Below, piece by piece: positions 17,252 through 25,821 of a stretch of DNA of 45,104 nt (its first letter is position 1; each line of letters starts with the position of its first letter). A program made the translations under genes and the position numbers. Origin of the DNA: a virus; IMG/VR virus record IMGVR_UViG_3300028591_000032, positions 1 through 45,104 of that record; one strand, written 5' to 3'. The notes beneath the pieces are model-generated. The model had not been told where the DNA came from. It did not search any database and worked only from the letters and a program-made list of their open reading frames with translations.

Positions 17252-17376
17252 GTGATCTCCTCCTTTCCTCCGGTTTTTGGCGTTTTTTCGCTGCTGCCCT
17301 GCGAGTATATCTCAGCCCCGCGTCCGGGGCGGATATCCGAAAAATGGCCCGGCGGGAGTTGCACCCGCCCGCCCCG

Positions 17377-19290
17377 TCAAGGTGCGGAGCTGCCTCTCGC
17401 TGGCCCGCCCATCATTCGCATCGCGTCCTGGCGGGCATGCTCCCGCGCCTGGGCGTCGATATTCCGGTACAGCTGCTGCTCCTGCTGCCCCTGCTCAGCC
17501 TGCCGCTGCGCCTCCGCCATTGCCTGCTGCTGCGCCATCTGCTGCATCTGGAGCATCTGCTGCTGCTGTTGAATCTGCATGAGGTACTCCTTTGTGTCGC
17601 TGGCGCCCGGGTAGTGCAGCAGTTCCAGCTTTGTCCAGAAGAGCATCAGCGCCTCCATGCTCCCCGGCTGGCCGAATGCCCCCATCTGGTACATAGCGCT
17701 GGCCTCCTGCCACATCTGGGGCCGATTATTCGCCAGCGGCGTGGAAGAGTCGCAAGAGAAGAGGAAACGATCATCGTCCAGGATGCAGTGCCATTCTCCG
17801 GAGGCGTCCTGTTCATAAAAATCGTACCGGTTGAATTCCTCGTACTGCGCTTCACCCCGGTCATCCGCCGCCACCACGCTGCGGGGCTCGTCCGCGTAGG
17901 CGATCTTGAGCTGCGCGATACGCTTGAACAGCTCCGCGTATGCTGCTTCCTTCAGCACCCGCTTGCTCTCCAGCCGCCCCGCGCTCTGGTTCGCGGCGAA
18001 CTCCTTTGCAACGCCGGACTGCGCCGTGGTGTCGCGCCGCCCCTGGAAGGAATCCGTGATGCCAAGGATCTGCCGGGCCTCCTCGTATACCTGGGCCAGG
18101 TACTCCAGCTCGTACCTCAGATCACCCTTGAACTCATAGACGTCGATGAGCGCCTTGTCCGCCGGGCTCCGGAGGTACCACCGCTCTGCGTCCTCCGGGT
18201 CCGTGCGCAGATCCGCCTTGTCCGGCAGGGTGATGCGGGTGCCCGCCTTGATGAGCCGATCGATGATCTTCCGTTCCAGGCGATTCACCGTGTTCTGCTG
18301 ATCCGCGATCTTGTCCACGTCGCTGTCCCCCAGGAGCTGGCCGAAGAGGCTCACGTTGCGCTGGAGAAACACGGGAAACACGTCCGGCTTGTAGTATGGC
18401 AGCCGCGTGGGCCGCAGCACCACGCTCTGGTCCGGCTCCACAACGGCCTGTGCGCCCGGGATCTCCGTCCCCAGCTCCGTCCGGATCGGGGTGATCACAT
18501 CCTCCGTGTCCATGGCGCTGCCGTCCCGTATGCGGATCTGATAGTCTTCCATGTCCTCCAGGACGGTATCATTGACCCAGGAGATCTTGCCCACGCCGCC
18601 CCTGTCGTTGCGGTAATATACAACGTACTGCGTTACCAGATCCTCAGCGGTGTCGGCCTCCTCGTCCAGCGCCCGCACGTCCGGGTCCGTCTCCGCCTCG
18701 TCCTCCACCGTCTTGCCGTATATGCGCTGGATGTACTCCTTGGTCTGTGGGAGCTTGAGGGCGATGGCGTCCATGTCCTCCACGCGGGTGTACACGCCAT
18801 CCTGCGGCACGATCTGCTTGGGGTGCAGAAGCTGCACCCGCACGTCTCCCACGGTGCTGTGTGTCCTGGTGGAGTTGTCCCACTCCACCAGCCAGTACGC
18901 CCCGCCCTGGATCGGCACGGTGCGCTCGGCCTGGTCGTTCAACTCCTCCATGGGCAGCCGGTCCAGCTCGTTACGGAGCATGTCCTCCAGGATCTTGGCC
19001 CGCTGCTCGTCCGCCTTCCGCCGGGCCGTCACCTTGGGCTGGGGGATGGTGGAGGATACCTCGCTCTCAATGTTTTCGGCAACGATGTTTCGAACGTGCA
19101 CGGCGTCCCGCAGGCTGCCGTCCTTGTCCCTGTCCCTGGGCGTCAGCGGCGTGATCTCCCGCACGTCACCGCGGTACAGCTCCTCCCGCCGATCCATCTG
19201 CGCGATCTGCTCTTCCGCAGCCTGCTCGTTGCGTTCCACCCAGTCCTTCCACTTTTCCAGCCGCTCGTTCACTGTTTTCCATCCCTCCAT
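17377..19290 (-). CDS. Portal protein
   Basis: 637 aa. It lies just downstream of the terminase. The size and position fit a portal, and the C-terminal tail is Gln-rich. Confidence 0.75.
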   Translation of the reverse strand: MEGWKTVNERLEKWKDWVERNEQAAEEQIAQMDRREELYRGDVREITPLTPRDRDKDGSLRDAVHVRNIVAENIESEVSSTIPQPKVTARRKADEQRAKILEDMLRNELDRLPMEELNDQAERTVPIQGGAYWLVEWDNSTRTHSTVGDVRVQLLHPKQIVPQDGVYTRVEDMDAIALKLPQTKEYIQRIYGKTVEDEAETDPDVRALDEEADTAEDLVTQYVVYYRNDRGGVGKISWVNDTVLEDMEDYQIRIRDGSAMDTEDVITPIRTELGTEIPGAQAVVEPDQSVVLRPTRLPYYKPDVFPVFLQRNVSLFGQLLGDSDVDKIADQQNTVNRLERKIIDRLIKAGTRITLPDKADLRTDPEDAERWYLRSPADKALIDVYEFKGDLRYELEYLAQVYEEARQILGITDSFQGRRDTTAQSGVAKEFAANQSAGRLESKRVLKEAAYAELFKRIAQLKIAYADEPRSVVAADDRGEAQYEEFNRYDFYEQDASGEWHCILDDDRFLFSCDSSTPLANNRPQMWQEASAMYQMGAFGQPGSMEALMLFWTKLELLHYPGASDTKEYLMQIQQQQQMLQMQQMAQQQAMAEAQRQAEQGQQEQQLYRNIDAQAREHARQDAMRMMGGPARGSSAP

Positions 19291-19679
19291 GCGCTCACCA
19301 GGGTACGTGCCATATCGTCCACGAGCTGGTGCAGGACCCTGTCGTGCGTGTCGTTGCCGCTGTCATCCAGCAGCCCAAACTTGCAGTGCAGAAGCTCGTG
19401 CACCAGGATCAGCTCATAGTCGTAGGGACGCACACGGTCTCCGTAATACTGCGGGTCCAGGATCTCGATCCTCGCAGTCCGGGTGGACGTCTCGTAGTCC
19501 ACAAATCCGTCCGCATCCGGCGCGGACATCTGGTCCGGCCTCAGTCCGTCCACGACACGGATCTGCCAGTCCTGCAGTCCCAGCATCCTGACCCACCCCT
19601 CCCGGATCGCCTCACGCCGCCTGGGATCTCCCATTACCCACGCGGTCCTCTGTTCTCCTGTCACGGCGGTGCCCCCCAT
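19269..19679 (-). CDS. 136-aa putative zinc metallopeptidase (HExxH) between TerL and the portal
   Basis: The motif is LILVHELLHCKFG. An alternative start is ATG 19634. Confidence 0.5.
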   Translation of the reverse strand: MGGTAVTGEQRTAWVMGDPRRREAIREGWVRMLGLQDWQIRVVDGLRPDQMSAPDADGFVDYETSTRTARIEILDPQYYGDRVRPYDYELILVHELLHCKFGLLDDSGNDTHDRVLHQLVDDMARTLVSAWRDGKQ

Positions 19680-21172
19680 CTGCTGATGATCGCCTCCCGC
19701 TCCTCCGGGGAGGCCCGATAATAATCGTCGTACATGTCATCCGTCCACTCCCGGACGGGCTCCTCTGCCTCGATATCCACCCGCATGCTCTGCTGGGGAC
19801 GAATGTACCAGGCGATGGCCAGGGCCATGACGCAGTCATCATGCGCTCCCGGCTCCGCTGCAGGCCGCAGCTTCTCATCCCGGACAAATGTGAGCATCTC
19901 CTCCAGCGTGGTCCTGTCGTTGATCGTCTCGATCCCGTCACGCATGGCCTCAACAAGGCCGGAGATCATCACAGGCCTGGTGGTGGGCGTGGTGCGGACT
20001 CCGTAGCTCTTGCGGATCGCTCCACTGTAGGTGTCCTCCGCCTCCCGCACATACTGCCGGGGGTATCCCAGCATCTCCAGCCGCTTCACGGGGTAGGTGG
20101 AATAGTTCGCCTCCACGCCGATGAGGGCGTCATTGTAGTATCTTCCCAGGCAGTACGCCTGCTTTGCGAAGGTGTCCTCGTCGTATTGATGCCGCAGCAC
20201 CGCAACCTGCTCACCGGTGATGTTGTCCAGCACCTGGGCCACGAACCAGTCGCTGCCGTCTCCCGCCGTGTCTCCGCCCATGACGTAGGGCCTCCCGGGC
20301 TCCGGCTCCCGGTAGATGCTCACGGGACCGGCGGAATCCTCCACCCACGCCTCATCCGAGAGTTTATACTCAGCTGTGTCCGTGTACGTCCACAGCCCCC
20401 GGCTCACCGGCTCCGGGATCTGGCTGAGCCTATCCGCCACGGCCTGGGCGTTGAAGATCGTGCGCCCGGTCACGCCCCACTCCCCCAGGCAGTACACCGT
20501 GTAGTAGTACGGGTCGGTATCCCGGAATCCCTCCAGGGTTGCCTTGGCCTCCTCGTCCAGGAAGCGGTTGTCGCGGTAGGTGCTGCGGTGCGTCCTGGCC
20601 CTGGGGTCCGGGGCGTCGAAGAACCGCTTCTTCAGCCAATGGGTGATCGATATGGGGTTGAAGCTGAGGATCATCTGCTTGTAATACCTGGTCTCGCCCC
20701 GAAGACGAATGTCCAGCTGGTTGAAATCCTCCTCCAGCAGCTCGCTGGCCTCCTCGATCCAGATCCCCGTGATGGCGTAGATGCTCTTGAGCTTCTCCAC
20801 ATCGTCCAGCCCGGCGAAGAGAATGACACTGCCGTTTGGAAATCGGATCTCCAGATCGCCCTGCATGATCTGCACGCCAGAGTCCGGGTATTGTTGCGCC
20901 AGCTGCCCCCGGAGCTGGGCAAAGCAGCTGTCCCGCAGCGTCCGGGCCACCTTCCTGCACACCAGCCACCGGTGCCCCGGCTCCATGATGCACCGCTCCA
21001 GCACCTTGCGCCCGGCGAAAATGCTCTTGCCGCTGCCCCCGCCCCCCATCAGCACCAGGTACCGATGCTCGTCCCGGAACAGGGGAAAGAAGGTCTTGTT
21101 GCTCGTCTCCCGCAGGGCGATCCATCGCTTCATTACTTGGGTGTCATCCATCACCCAGAAGTTCTCTGGCAC
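19661..21172 (-). CDS. terL: Terminase large subunit
   Basis: Walker A reads LVLMGGGGSGKS, and a C-terminal nuclease-type region is present. An alternative start at ATG 21151 overlaps the TerS stop. Confidence 0.85.
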   Translation of the reverse strand: MPENFWVMDDTQVMKRWIALRETSNKTFFPLFRDEHRYLVLMGGGGSGKSIFAGRKVLERCIMEPGHRWLVCRKVARTLRDSCFAQLRGQLAQQYPDSGVQIMQGDLEIRFPNGSVILFAGLDDVEKLKSIYAITGIWIEEASELLEEDFNQLDIRLRGETRYYKQMILSFNPISITHWLKKRFFDAPDPRARTHRSTYRDNRFLDEEAKATLEGFRDTDPYYYTVYCLGEWGVTGRTIFNAQAVADRLSQIPEPVSRGLWTYTDTAEYKLSDEAWVEDSAGPVSIYREPEPGRPYVMGGDTAGDGSDWFVAQVLDNITGEQVAVLRHQYDEDTFAKQAYCLGRYYNDALIGVEANYSTYPVKRLEMLGYPRQYVREAEDTYSGAIRKSYGVRTTPTTRPVMISGLVEAMRDGIETINDRTTLEEMLTFVRDEKLRPAAEPGAHDDCVMALAIAWYIRPQQSMRVDIEAEEPVREWTDDMYDDYYRASPEEREAIISRWGAPP

Positions 21173-21482
21173 GCTCCATCATCTGACTCAGTGTCATTGG
21201 CTCCGAGTCCTGGTGGATCTCCGCCAGGATCGGCTGCGCAGCCTTGCCGAGCAGGCGCTCCAGCACGATCTCCACGGCCCGCAGCTTATCCGCGTCCTTA
21301 GCCTGCGGATCGTCCAGGATCTTGTTGAGGGCCCGCACTGCCTTGTTCCCCAATGGCAGCAGCGCATCCCTGAGTTCGGGCGCCAGCGGCTTCCGCCCGC
21401 CCATCTTTGTCCCCGGCTGGAATCGCCCCTTGGCGTCTCGCACAGCTCCGGTAGCCTTCGGGATAGCCCGTTCATTGGACAC
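21144..21482 (-). CDS. terS: Terminase small subunit candidate (DUF5681-like N-terminus)
   Basis: 112 aa. The sequence is AVRDAKGRFQPGTKMGGRKPLAPE... It is the first gene after the late promoter and overlaps terL. Confidence 0.55.
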   Translation of the reverse strand: MSNERAIPKATGAVRDAKGRFQPGTKMGGRKPLAPELRDALLPLGNKAVRALNKILDDPQAKDADKLRAVEIVLERLLGKAAQPILAEIHQDSEPMTLSQMMERARELLGDG

Positions 21483-21567
21483 GCTTTCACCCCCTGTTTA
21501 TCACTATATGTAATCATTCTAGGCCAGTTGCGCCCCGCCTGTGCCCAAATATATTACCGTCTGTTAT

Positions 21568-21597
21568 ATTATACACCAAACATATGTTCGCTGTCTA
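21568..21597 (-). promoter_or_regulatory. Late-operon promoter: -35 TAGACA, 18-nt spacer with TG, -10 TATAAT
   Basis: The minus strand reads TAGACAgcgaacatatgtttggTGTATAAT, about 85 nt upstream of the terS start, in the only large AT-rich gap of this region. Confidence 0.5.
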
Positions 21598-21785
21598 CAG
21601 CATACGCGCCCCCACGAAAAAATTTTTCTGATTGGGGCTTGACAGGTTATACCTGCTTCGGATACATACGGACGCTCGTGCAGTGCCTGGCGTTTACGCT
21701 TTGTTTTGGGCATAGCTCTCTCCTCACATCAGATCTTTGGCCCACCGCTGCTTGTATTTCGCCGGCGGCTTCCGCTTCTTCATTT

Positions 21786-22601
21786 TCATTCCCATAAGCT
21801 CACTTGTCCCTTTTGCTCTGTTTCCATCCCCAGCAGGGCCTTTTCCCTGTCACTCAGCTCCCAAACTTCGCCGCGATCAGCGGCAGCGGCAGCGGCAGCG
21901 GCAGCGGCAGCGGCGGGTCTCAAAAGATACCCGCCGCCGAAAATCGACTTGCGGGCCGGGCGCTGCGCGTCCAGCGCCCCCGTGTAAATGCACTCCTCCG
22001 GCTTCACGGAGAAAGCCACCCCGTATTTCGCCCAGCGTTGACATCTTGCCGCTGTGATAACCTCCGGCGGGTAATCATATTTCGGCACGGTTTTCGTCAG
22101 CTCAGCCTGCACGGCTTTGTTGGCCGCATCCACCGCCCGATACAGGTCCGGCGCGACGCGCACCTGGTTTGAATCCAGGTTTGTGATAAAGCTCGTCGCC
22201 ACTCTCGCGCCGTTGGCGTAGGTGATGGGTACGCCGCAGGGCAAATAGCACACCGGGCATTCCGTAGCCGTGAACAGGGTCAGCGCCGGGGCGAAGATAA
22301 AGAACCACACCCCCGTCGCACTGTAAAATCGAACGATCTCCGCCACGATGGAAAAAGGCGGATTATCCACCACCACAGCCCCCCGCGCGTATTCCTCTGC
22401 CTGATAGTCCCCGCCCGGCCAGAACGGGCGCACGAACTTATCCCGCTCCAGGCCGTATTCCGCTGTCACCCATGCCGCGATTGCATCATAAACCGGCTCC
22501 GGCGTATAACAATCGTCCGTGGTCAGTTTGGGTTTGAACTTGTCTTCGAAGTAGGCGTAATTCTCAGCTCCTACGTCGTATAAAGCAACTTGTCCGTCCA
22601 T
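21786..22601 (-). CDS. Putative N6-adenine DNA methyltransferase (DNPPF motif) with an internal poly-Ala tract
   Basis: Motif IV-like VVVDNPPFS. A run of 13 Ala lies near the C-terminus. Confidence 0.55.
   Translation of the reverse strand: MDGQVALYDVGAENYAYFEDKFKPKLTTDDCYTPEPVYDAIAAWVTAEYGLERDKFVRPFWPGGDYQAEEYARGAVVVDNPPFSIVAEIVRFYSATGVWFFIFAPALTLFTATECPVCYLPCGVPITYANGARVATSFITNLDSNQVRVAPDLYRAVDAANKAVQAELTKTVPKYDYPPEVITAARCQRWAKYGVAFSVKPEECIYTGALDAQRPARKSIFGGGYLLRPAAAAAAAAAAAADRGEVWELSDREKALLGMETEQKGQVSLWE
21878..21916. repeat. (CAGCGG)n hexanucleotide repeat encoding the poly-Ala run
   Basis: cagcggcagcggcagcggcagcggcagcggcagcggcgg. Confidence 0.9.
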
Positions 22602-22602
22602 A

Positions 22603-22893
22603 TCACATGTCCTCCATCATCGCGCACAAAAACGCCGCGTTGCACATCAGGTGCCACAGGTGCGGGTATCCGCTCTCCGAATCGACGGCCCCGGGATCTT
22701 CCCAGCAGGCCAGACAATGCCGGAGCATGGCCTCGTGGAACTTTGCCGGGTCCACCATTCGCCAGTTCTGCGGGTCTGCGTATTTCTGATTCCCGTATCG
22801 GCGGATCTCGGCTATTGCTCTGATCGCTGCCGGCGGCACCGTACTCAGCGGCAGCTTTCCTTCGTCATCCTTCGCGCTAGGTATCTTATTCAT
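22603..22893 (-). CDS. DUF5664/MazZ-like dATP/dGTP pyrophosphohydrolase-family protein (96 aa)
   Basis: ATG 22893 follows GGAGGCAGAAGC. The sequence KDDEGKLPLSTVPPAAIRAIAEIRRYGNQKYADPQNW...RHCLACW...DSESGYPHLWHLMCNAAFL matches the family pattern as I remember it. Confidence 0.6.
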   Translation of the reverse strand: MNKIPSAKDDEGKLPLSTVPPAAIRAIAEIRRYGNQKYADPQNWRMVDPAKFHEAMLRHCLACWEDPGAVDSESGYPHLWHLMCNAAFLCAMMEDM

Positions 22894-23080
22894 GCTTCTG
22901 CCTCCTCTCGTCATGGACAGCGATGATTCGCTCCATTGTTTCGATATCCGCTTCGCACTGCGGACAGGTATAGCGCCGCCACTTAGCGCCGTTGCCCAGC
23001 ACTCTGGAGCCGGTGCAGGGTATCCGATCACGCTTGCACTTCGGGCAGGTCATATTCCCAATACCCATCCTGCCATTCAT
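22886..23080 (-). CDS. Small zinc-ribbon protein (CPKC...CPQC); candidate regulator
   Basis: Two CxxC pairs. The likely start is the internal ATG 23053 (MTCPKCKRD). Confidence 0.5.
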   Translation of the reverse strand: MNGRMGIGNMTCPKCKRDRIPCTGSRVLGNGAKWRRYTCPQCEADIETMERIIAVHDERRQKHE

Positions 23081-23465
23081 CCCAGGTGCGGATCACAACG
23101 GCGATCCGCGGTACATCCGCCCAGGTCTTCACCACAGCTTCCCAGGCGACCTGGGCGTCATCCTTCCAGTAGCCTGCCTTCGTCAGGGCGTCCTTCAGAG
23201 CCTTCACGGCATTGTCCGTGTCCGGCTTTGTCGTCTTCGGGTCTCCGTCTTTATGCTTGCCACCAGCCGCATAGCAGAACACCACGGTCAGGCATACGGC
23301 TCCGGTCAGTGGTTCCGGCGGCTTATGCTGTGCCGCGTATGCCAGGTACTTTTGCTCGGCGTCTCGAAGCTCGGGCGGCTTGTAATACTTCCCGGTCCTC
23401 CGGTTCTGGCCCTTCTGCTGGGCGGTGATCGTAGGCGGCTGCCCGGGTATAAAAAACTGGATCAT
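23028..23465 (-). CDS. rusA: RusA-family Holliday junction resolvase
   Basis: KPDTDNAVKALKDALTKAGYWKDDAQV matches the RusA catalytic Asp block. 145 aa. Confidence 0.7.
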   Translation of the reverse strand: MIQFFIPGQPPTITAQQKGQNRRTGKYYKPPELRDAEQKYLAYAAQHKPPEPLTGAVCLTVVFCYAAGGKHKDGDPKTTKPDTDNAVKALKDALTKAGYWKDDAQVAWEAVVKTWADVPRIAVVIRTWDEWQDGYWEYDLPEVQA

Positions 23466-23499
23466 TTCAGCCTCCGTTTCCGTCGTTTGTTTTCGATTT

Positions 23500-23740
23500 A
23501 TGTGGGGGAAAAACCCCTATCTATAGGGGGGATTTTTCCCCCTATATAGGGGAGGATAATGCCGATTTCGGCGTTTTCCGGAAAATCCCGATAATGCCGG
23601 TCCATTTCGGCACTCAATTTTTCACCGGCATTTTCCGGGATTTTCGATAATGCCGAAACCGCTGTTTTCCGGGATTTTCCGATAATGCCGATTTCGGCGT
23701 TTTTTACCGGCGTTTTCGAGAAATCCCGGATAATGCCGCC
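23500..23740. promoter_or_regulatory. Putative replication origin: nested G5/A5/C4-TATA palindromes plus five GATAATGCCG iterons
   Basis: Palindromes lie at 23514-23529 and 23538-23552. Iterons lie at 23555, 23590, 23646, 23681 and 23729. The element occupies the 292-bp gap directly downstream of the primase-helicase gene. Confidence 0.6.
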
Positions 23741-23757
23741 GGTACTGTTTTTGTCCT

Positions 23758-25818
23758 TCATTCGGCCAACCGTGCCACCGTTGCATTGCATTTTTCGCGG
23801 CTCGTTTTGCGATCTCCAGTGATCGCGTAGCCGCCCAGATCCTCGAAATATTTAGCAGCTGTACGAGGTTCCACGTCCACCGCATCGCAGATCACCCTGA
23901 GCGGGACCTGGCCGTGCGGGTAGGATCCTCGGGCCTGATCGTAGGCCCTCACGGCGGATTCCACGCGCAGCGCGGCCTTCTCCTGTTTCTTCTCCTGCAG
24001 CTCCTCCGGGGACCATTGGCCCATGTCCGGGCTGCAGGTGACTAGTTGCCCACTCTGGTCGAGAACATGGATCGGGTAATCGAACCACACGTCCACGGGG
24101 CCAGGCTCCGGGAACTCCCGCAGTACCGGCTCGATCCGCCAGGCGGTAGCCGTATCGTTCATGCCACAGAAGGATTGCATGGAGGCCGGCACCTTCAGCT
24201 GGATCATGTCCAGGAGGGCGTCCGCGTCCCGGGCGAACACGCCGGAGCCGCTGGCCCTGTCGGCCGCGTTTTTGCCGCCCTGCGCGCCTTTTGAGTGGTG
24301 GTGGCAATACACCACGGCGCTGCCCAACTCGACGCACAGGCGATCCAGGAGCGCGCAGAACCGCGCCACGTCACCCATGTCGCTCTCGTTGCCGCCGATC
24401 AGCTTATAGATGGGGTCCAGGATGATCACGTCCACGGGATTGTCCCGCAGCCGCCGGATCAGCTTCGGCACCAGCTCCTTGAGCGTGACGGCCTTCCCCC
24501 GCAGGTTCCAGATCCGCACGTTCGCCAGGGCGTCCTTGCTCAGGCCGTACTGCTCCTGCATGAGCTTCAGGCGCTGGAGGCAGCTCTCCCGGGCCAGCTC
24601 CATATTGATGTACAGCACCTTTCCCCGGGTGCACTTCCACCCCAGCCAGCTGTTCCCGCCGGCGATGGACATAGCCAGCTCCAACAGTGCAAAGCTCTTG
24701 CCTGCTTTGCTCGGCCCTGCGAGCATGAGCTTATGGCCTCTGCGCAGGACTCCGGCGATCACCGGCGGGGCCAGAGGCGGCGCGTCCACGTCCGCCAGGC
24801 TCTCCACCTCCGGCAGGTCGTCCTCCTGGGCTTCGACCCACTCTCGCCATGCTTCCCAGTCCTCGGCGCCCGACGATTCCTCGATGATGAACTGCTTGCG
24901 ACCGGCGCGCAGGACCCCGGGCATCCGGCTCAGGCGTGAGGCGTTTTTATTCTGCGTGTCTACCTCCACGCCCCGCTCCCGGAGTACCTTGTACAGGTAC
25001 TCCACCCGGCGTTTGTACTCCAGCTCGCTTCCCGCCATGATCTTCACTATGGCGTGGATGCTTTTGTTGCCGCTGTCTACAGCCACGGCGATGGGCAGGT
25101 TCATCTGTTTATAGAGTGGCAGCTGCTTATCCTTCTCAACATTGTCGCACTCCACCAGGGCATAGCGGAATTCCGTCACATTGGCGTTCTTTACGCCCTG
25201 GCCGTCCAGGGGATTGAAGCGGATCCACGCGCCCGCGCTGGGATTCGGGTCTCCGATCACCTTGCCGATGTCTCCTTTGCATTTGCCAAGCTTGTCCAGC
25301 AGCTCCCCCGCCGTGCGGTCGTAGCTGCCCTGCTTCGGAGCGAAGCCGCCGTCCTCCTTCTGCCAGCACTCGGTCACGTAGCCCACGTGATCGTCCCGGT
25401 CGAACAGCAGCTCCAGGTACCGGCTCAGCTCGCTCACGGGATCCCAGCCCTTGCCGGTCGGCTCCTGGATCGTCTCCGCTTCCAGCCAGCCGGGGTCCAC
25501 AGCCAGATCGCTGGGCTTCAGGCTCAGTTCATCGTCCCAGGTAAGCTCATGGCCTTCGTCCGGTCGCCAGCCGTGCTCGCGAGCCAACTGGACGATAGTC
25601 CCTCCGGTGACGGGATTCCCGCTCCCCTGGAAGGTTTGCCATTTCTTGGCTGTTTCGTGTTCGTGATACCTGGCAGGGTCACGCTTGCTCCAACTGTCCC
25701 ATACCGAAACGGGGAAGCCTTCCTGCTTCAAACTCATTCCGACGAGGGTCCACTCTTCGTATGTACACCCTTTGGGGTCTATGTACTCCAGGGCCTCCAG
25801 AAGTTCATTGTCTGACAT
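23758..25818 (-). CDS. Primase-helicase: PriCT-2-like N-terminus, prim-pol domain and a RepA/DnaB-like AAA_25 ATPase
   Basis: YEEWTLVGMSLKQEGFPVSVWDSWS; SGNKSIHAIV; Walker A LAGPSKAGKS; 686 aa. Confidence 0.8.
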   Translation of the reverse strand: MSDNELLEALEYIDPKGCTYEEWTLVGMSLKQEGFPVSVWDSWSKRDPARYHEHETAKKWQTFQGSGNPVTGGTIVQLAREHGWRPDEGHELTWDDELSLKPSDLAVDPGWLEAETIQEPTGKGWDPVSELSRYLELLFDRDDHVGYVTECWQKEDGGFAPKQGSYDRTAGELLDKLGKCKGDIGKVIGDPNPSAGAWIRFNPLDGQGVKNANVTEFRYALVECDNVEKDKQLPLYKQMNLPIAVAVDSGNKSIHAIVKIMAGSELEYKRRVEYLYKVLRERGVEVDTQNKNASRLSRMPGVLRAGRKQFIIEESSGAEDWEAWREWVEAQEDDLPEVESLADVDAPPLAPPVIAGVLRRGHKLMLAGPSKAGKSFALLELAMSIAGGNSWLGWKCTRGKVLYINMELARESCLQRLKLMQEQYGLSKDALANVRIWNLRGKAVTLKELVPKLIRRLRDNPVDVIILDPIYKLIGGNESDMGDVARFCALLDRLCVELGSAVVYCHHHSKGAQGGKNAADRASGSGVFARDADALLDMIQLKVPASMQSFCGMNDTATAWRIEPVLREFPEPGPVDVWFDYPIHVLDQSGQLVTCSPDMGQWSPEELQEKKQEKAALRVESAVRAYDQARGSYPHGQVPLRVICDAVDVEPRTAAKYFEDLGGYAITGDRKTSREKCNATVARLAE

Positions 25819-25821
25819 GAT

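Noticed and set aside
21564-21783. The two short basic ORFs upstream of terS as confident genes
   Set aside because: They are very short. One lacks an SD and the other runs through the predicted late promoter. I kept them only as a note in the late-promoter finding.
22603-22893. A Z-genome (2-aminoadenine) pathway implied by the MazZ-like protein
   Set aside because: I recognise no PurZ-like adenylosuccinate-synthetase homolog or DatZ-like gene elsewhere in the genome. The dNTPase family alone is not sufficient.
23498-23791. 97-aa ORF with repeated AEIGII motifs
   Set aside because: The repeats are the translation of the GATAATGCCG iterons in the origin. There is no SD, the region is AT-rich and palindromic, and the ORF overlaps the primase gene stop.
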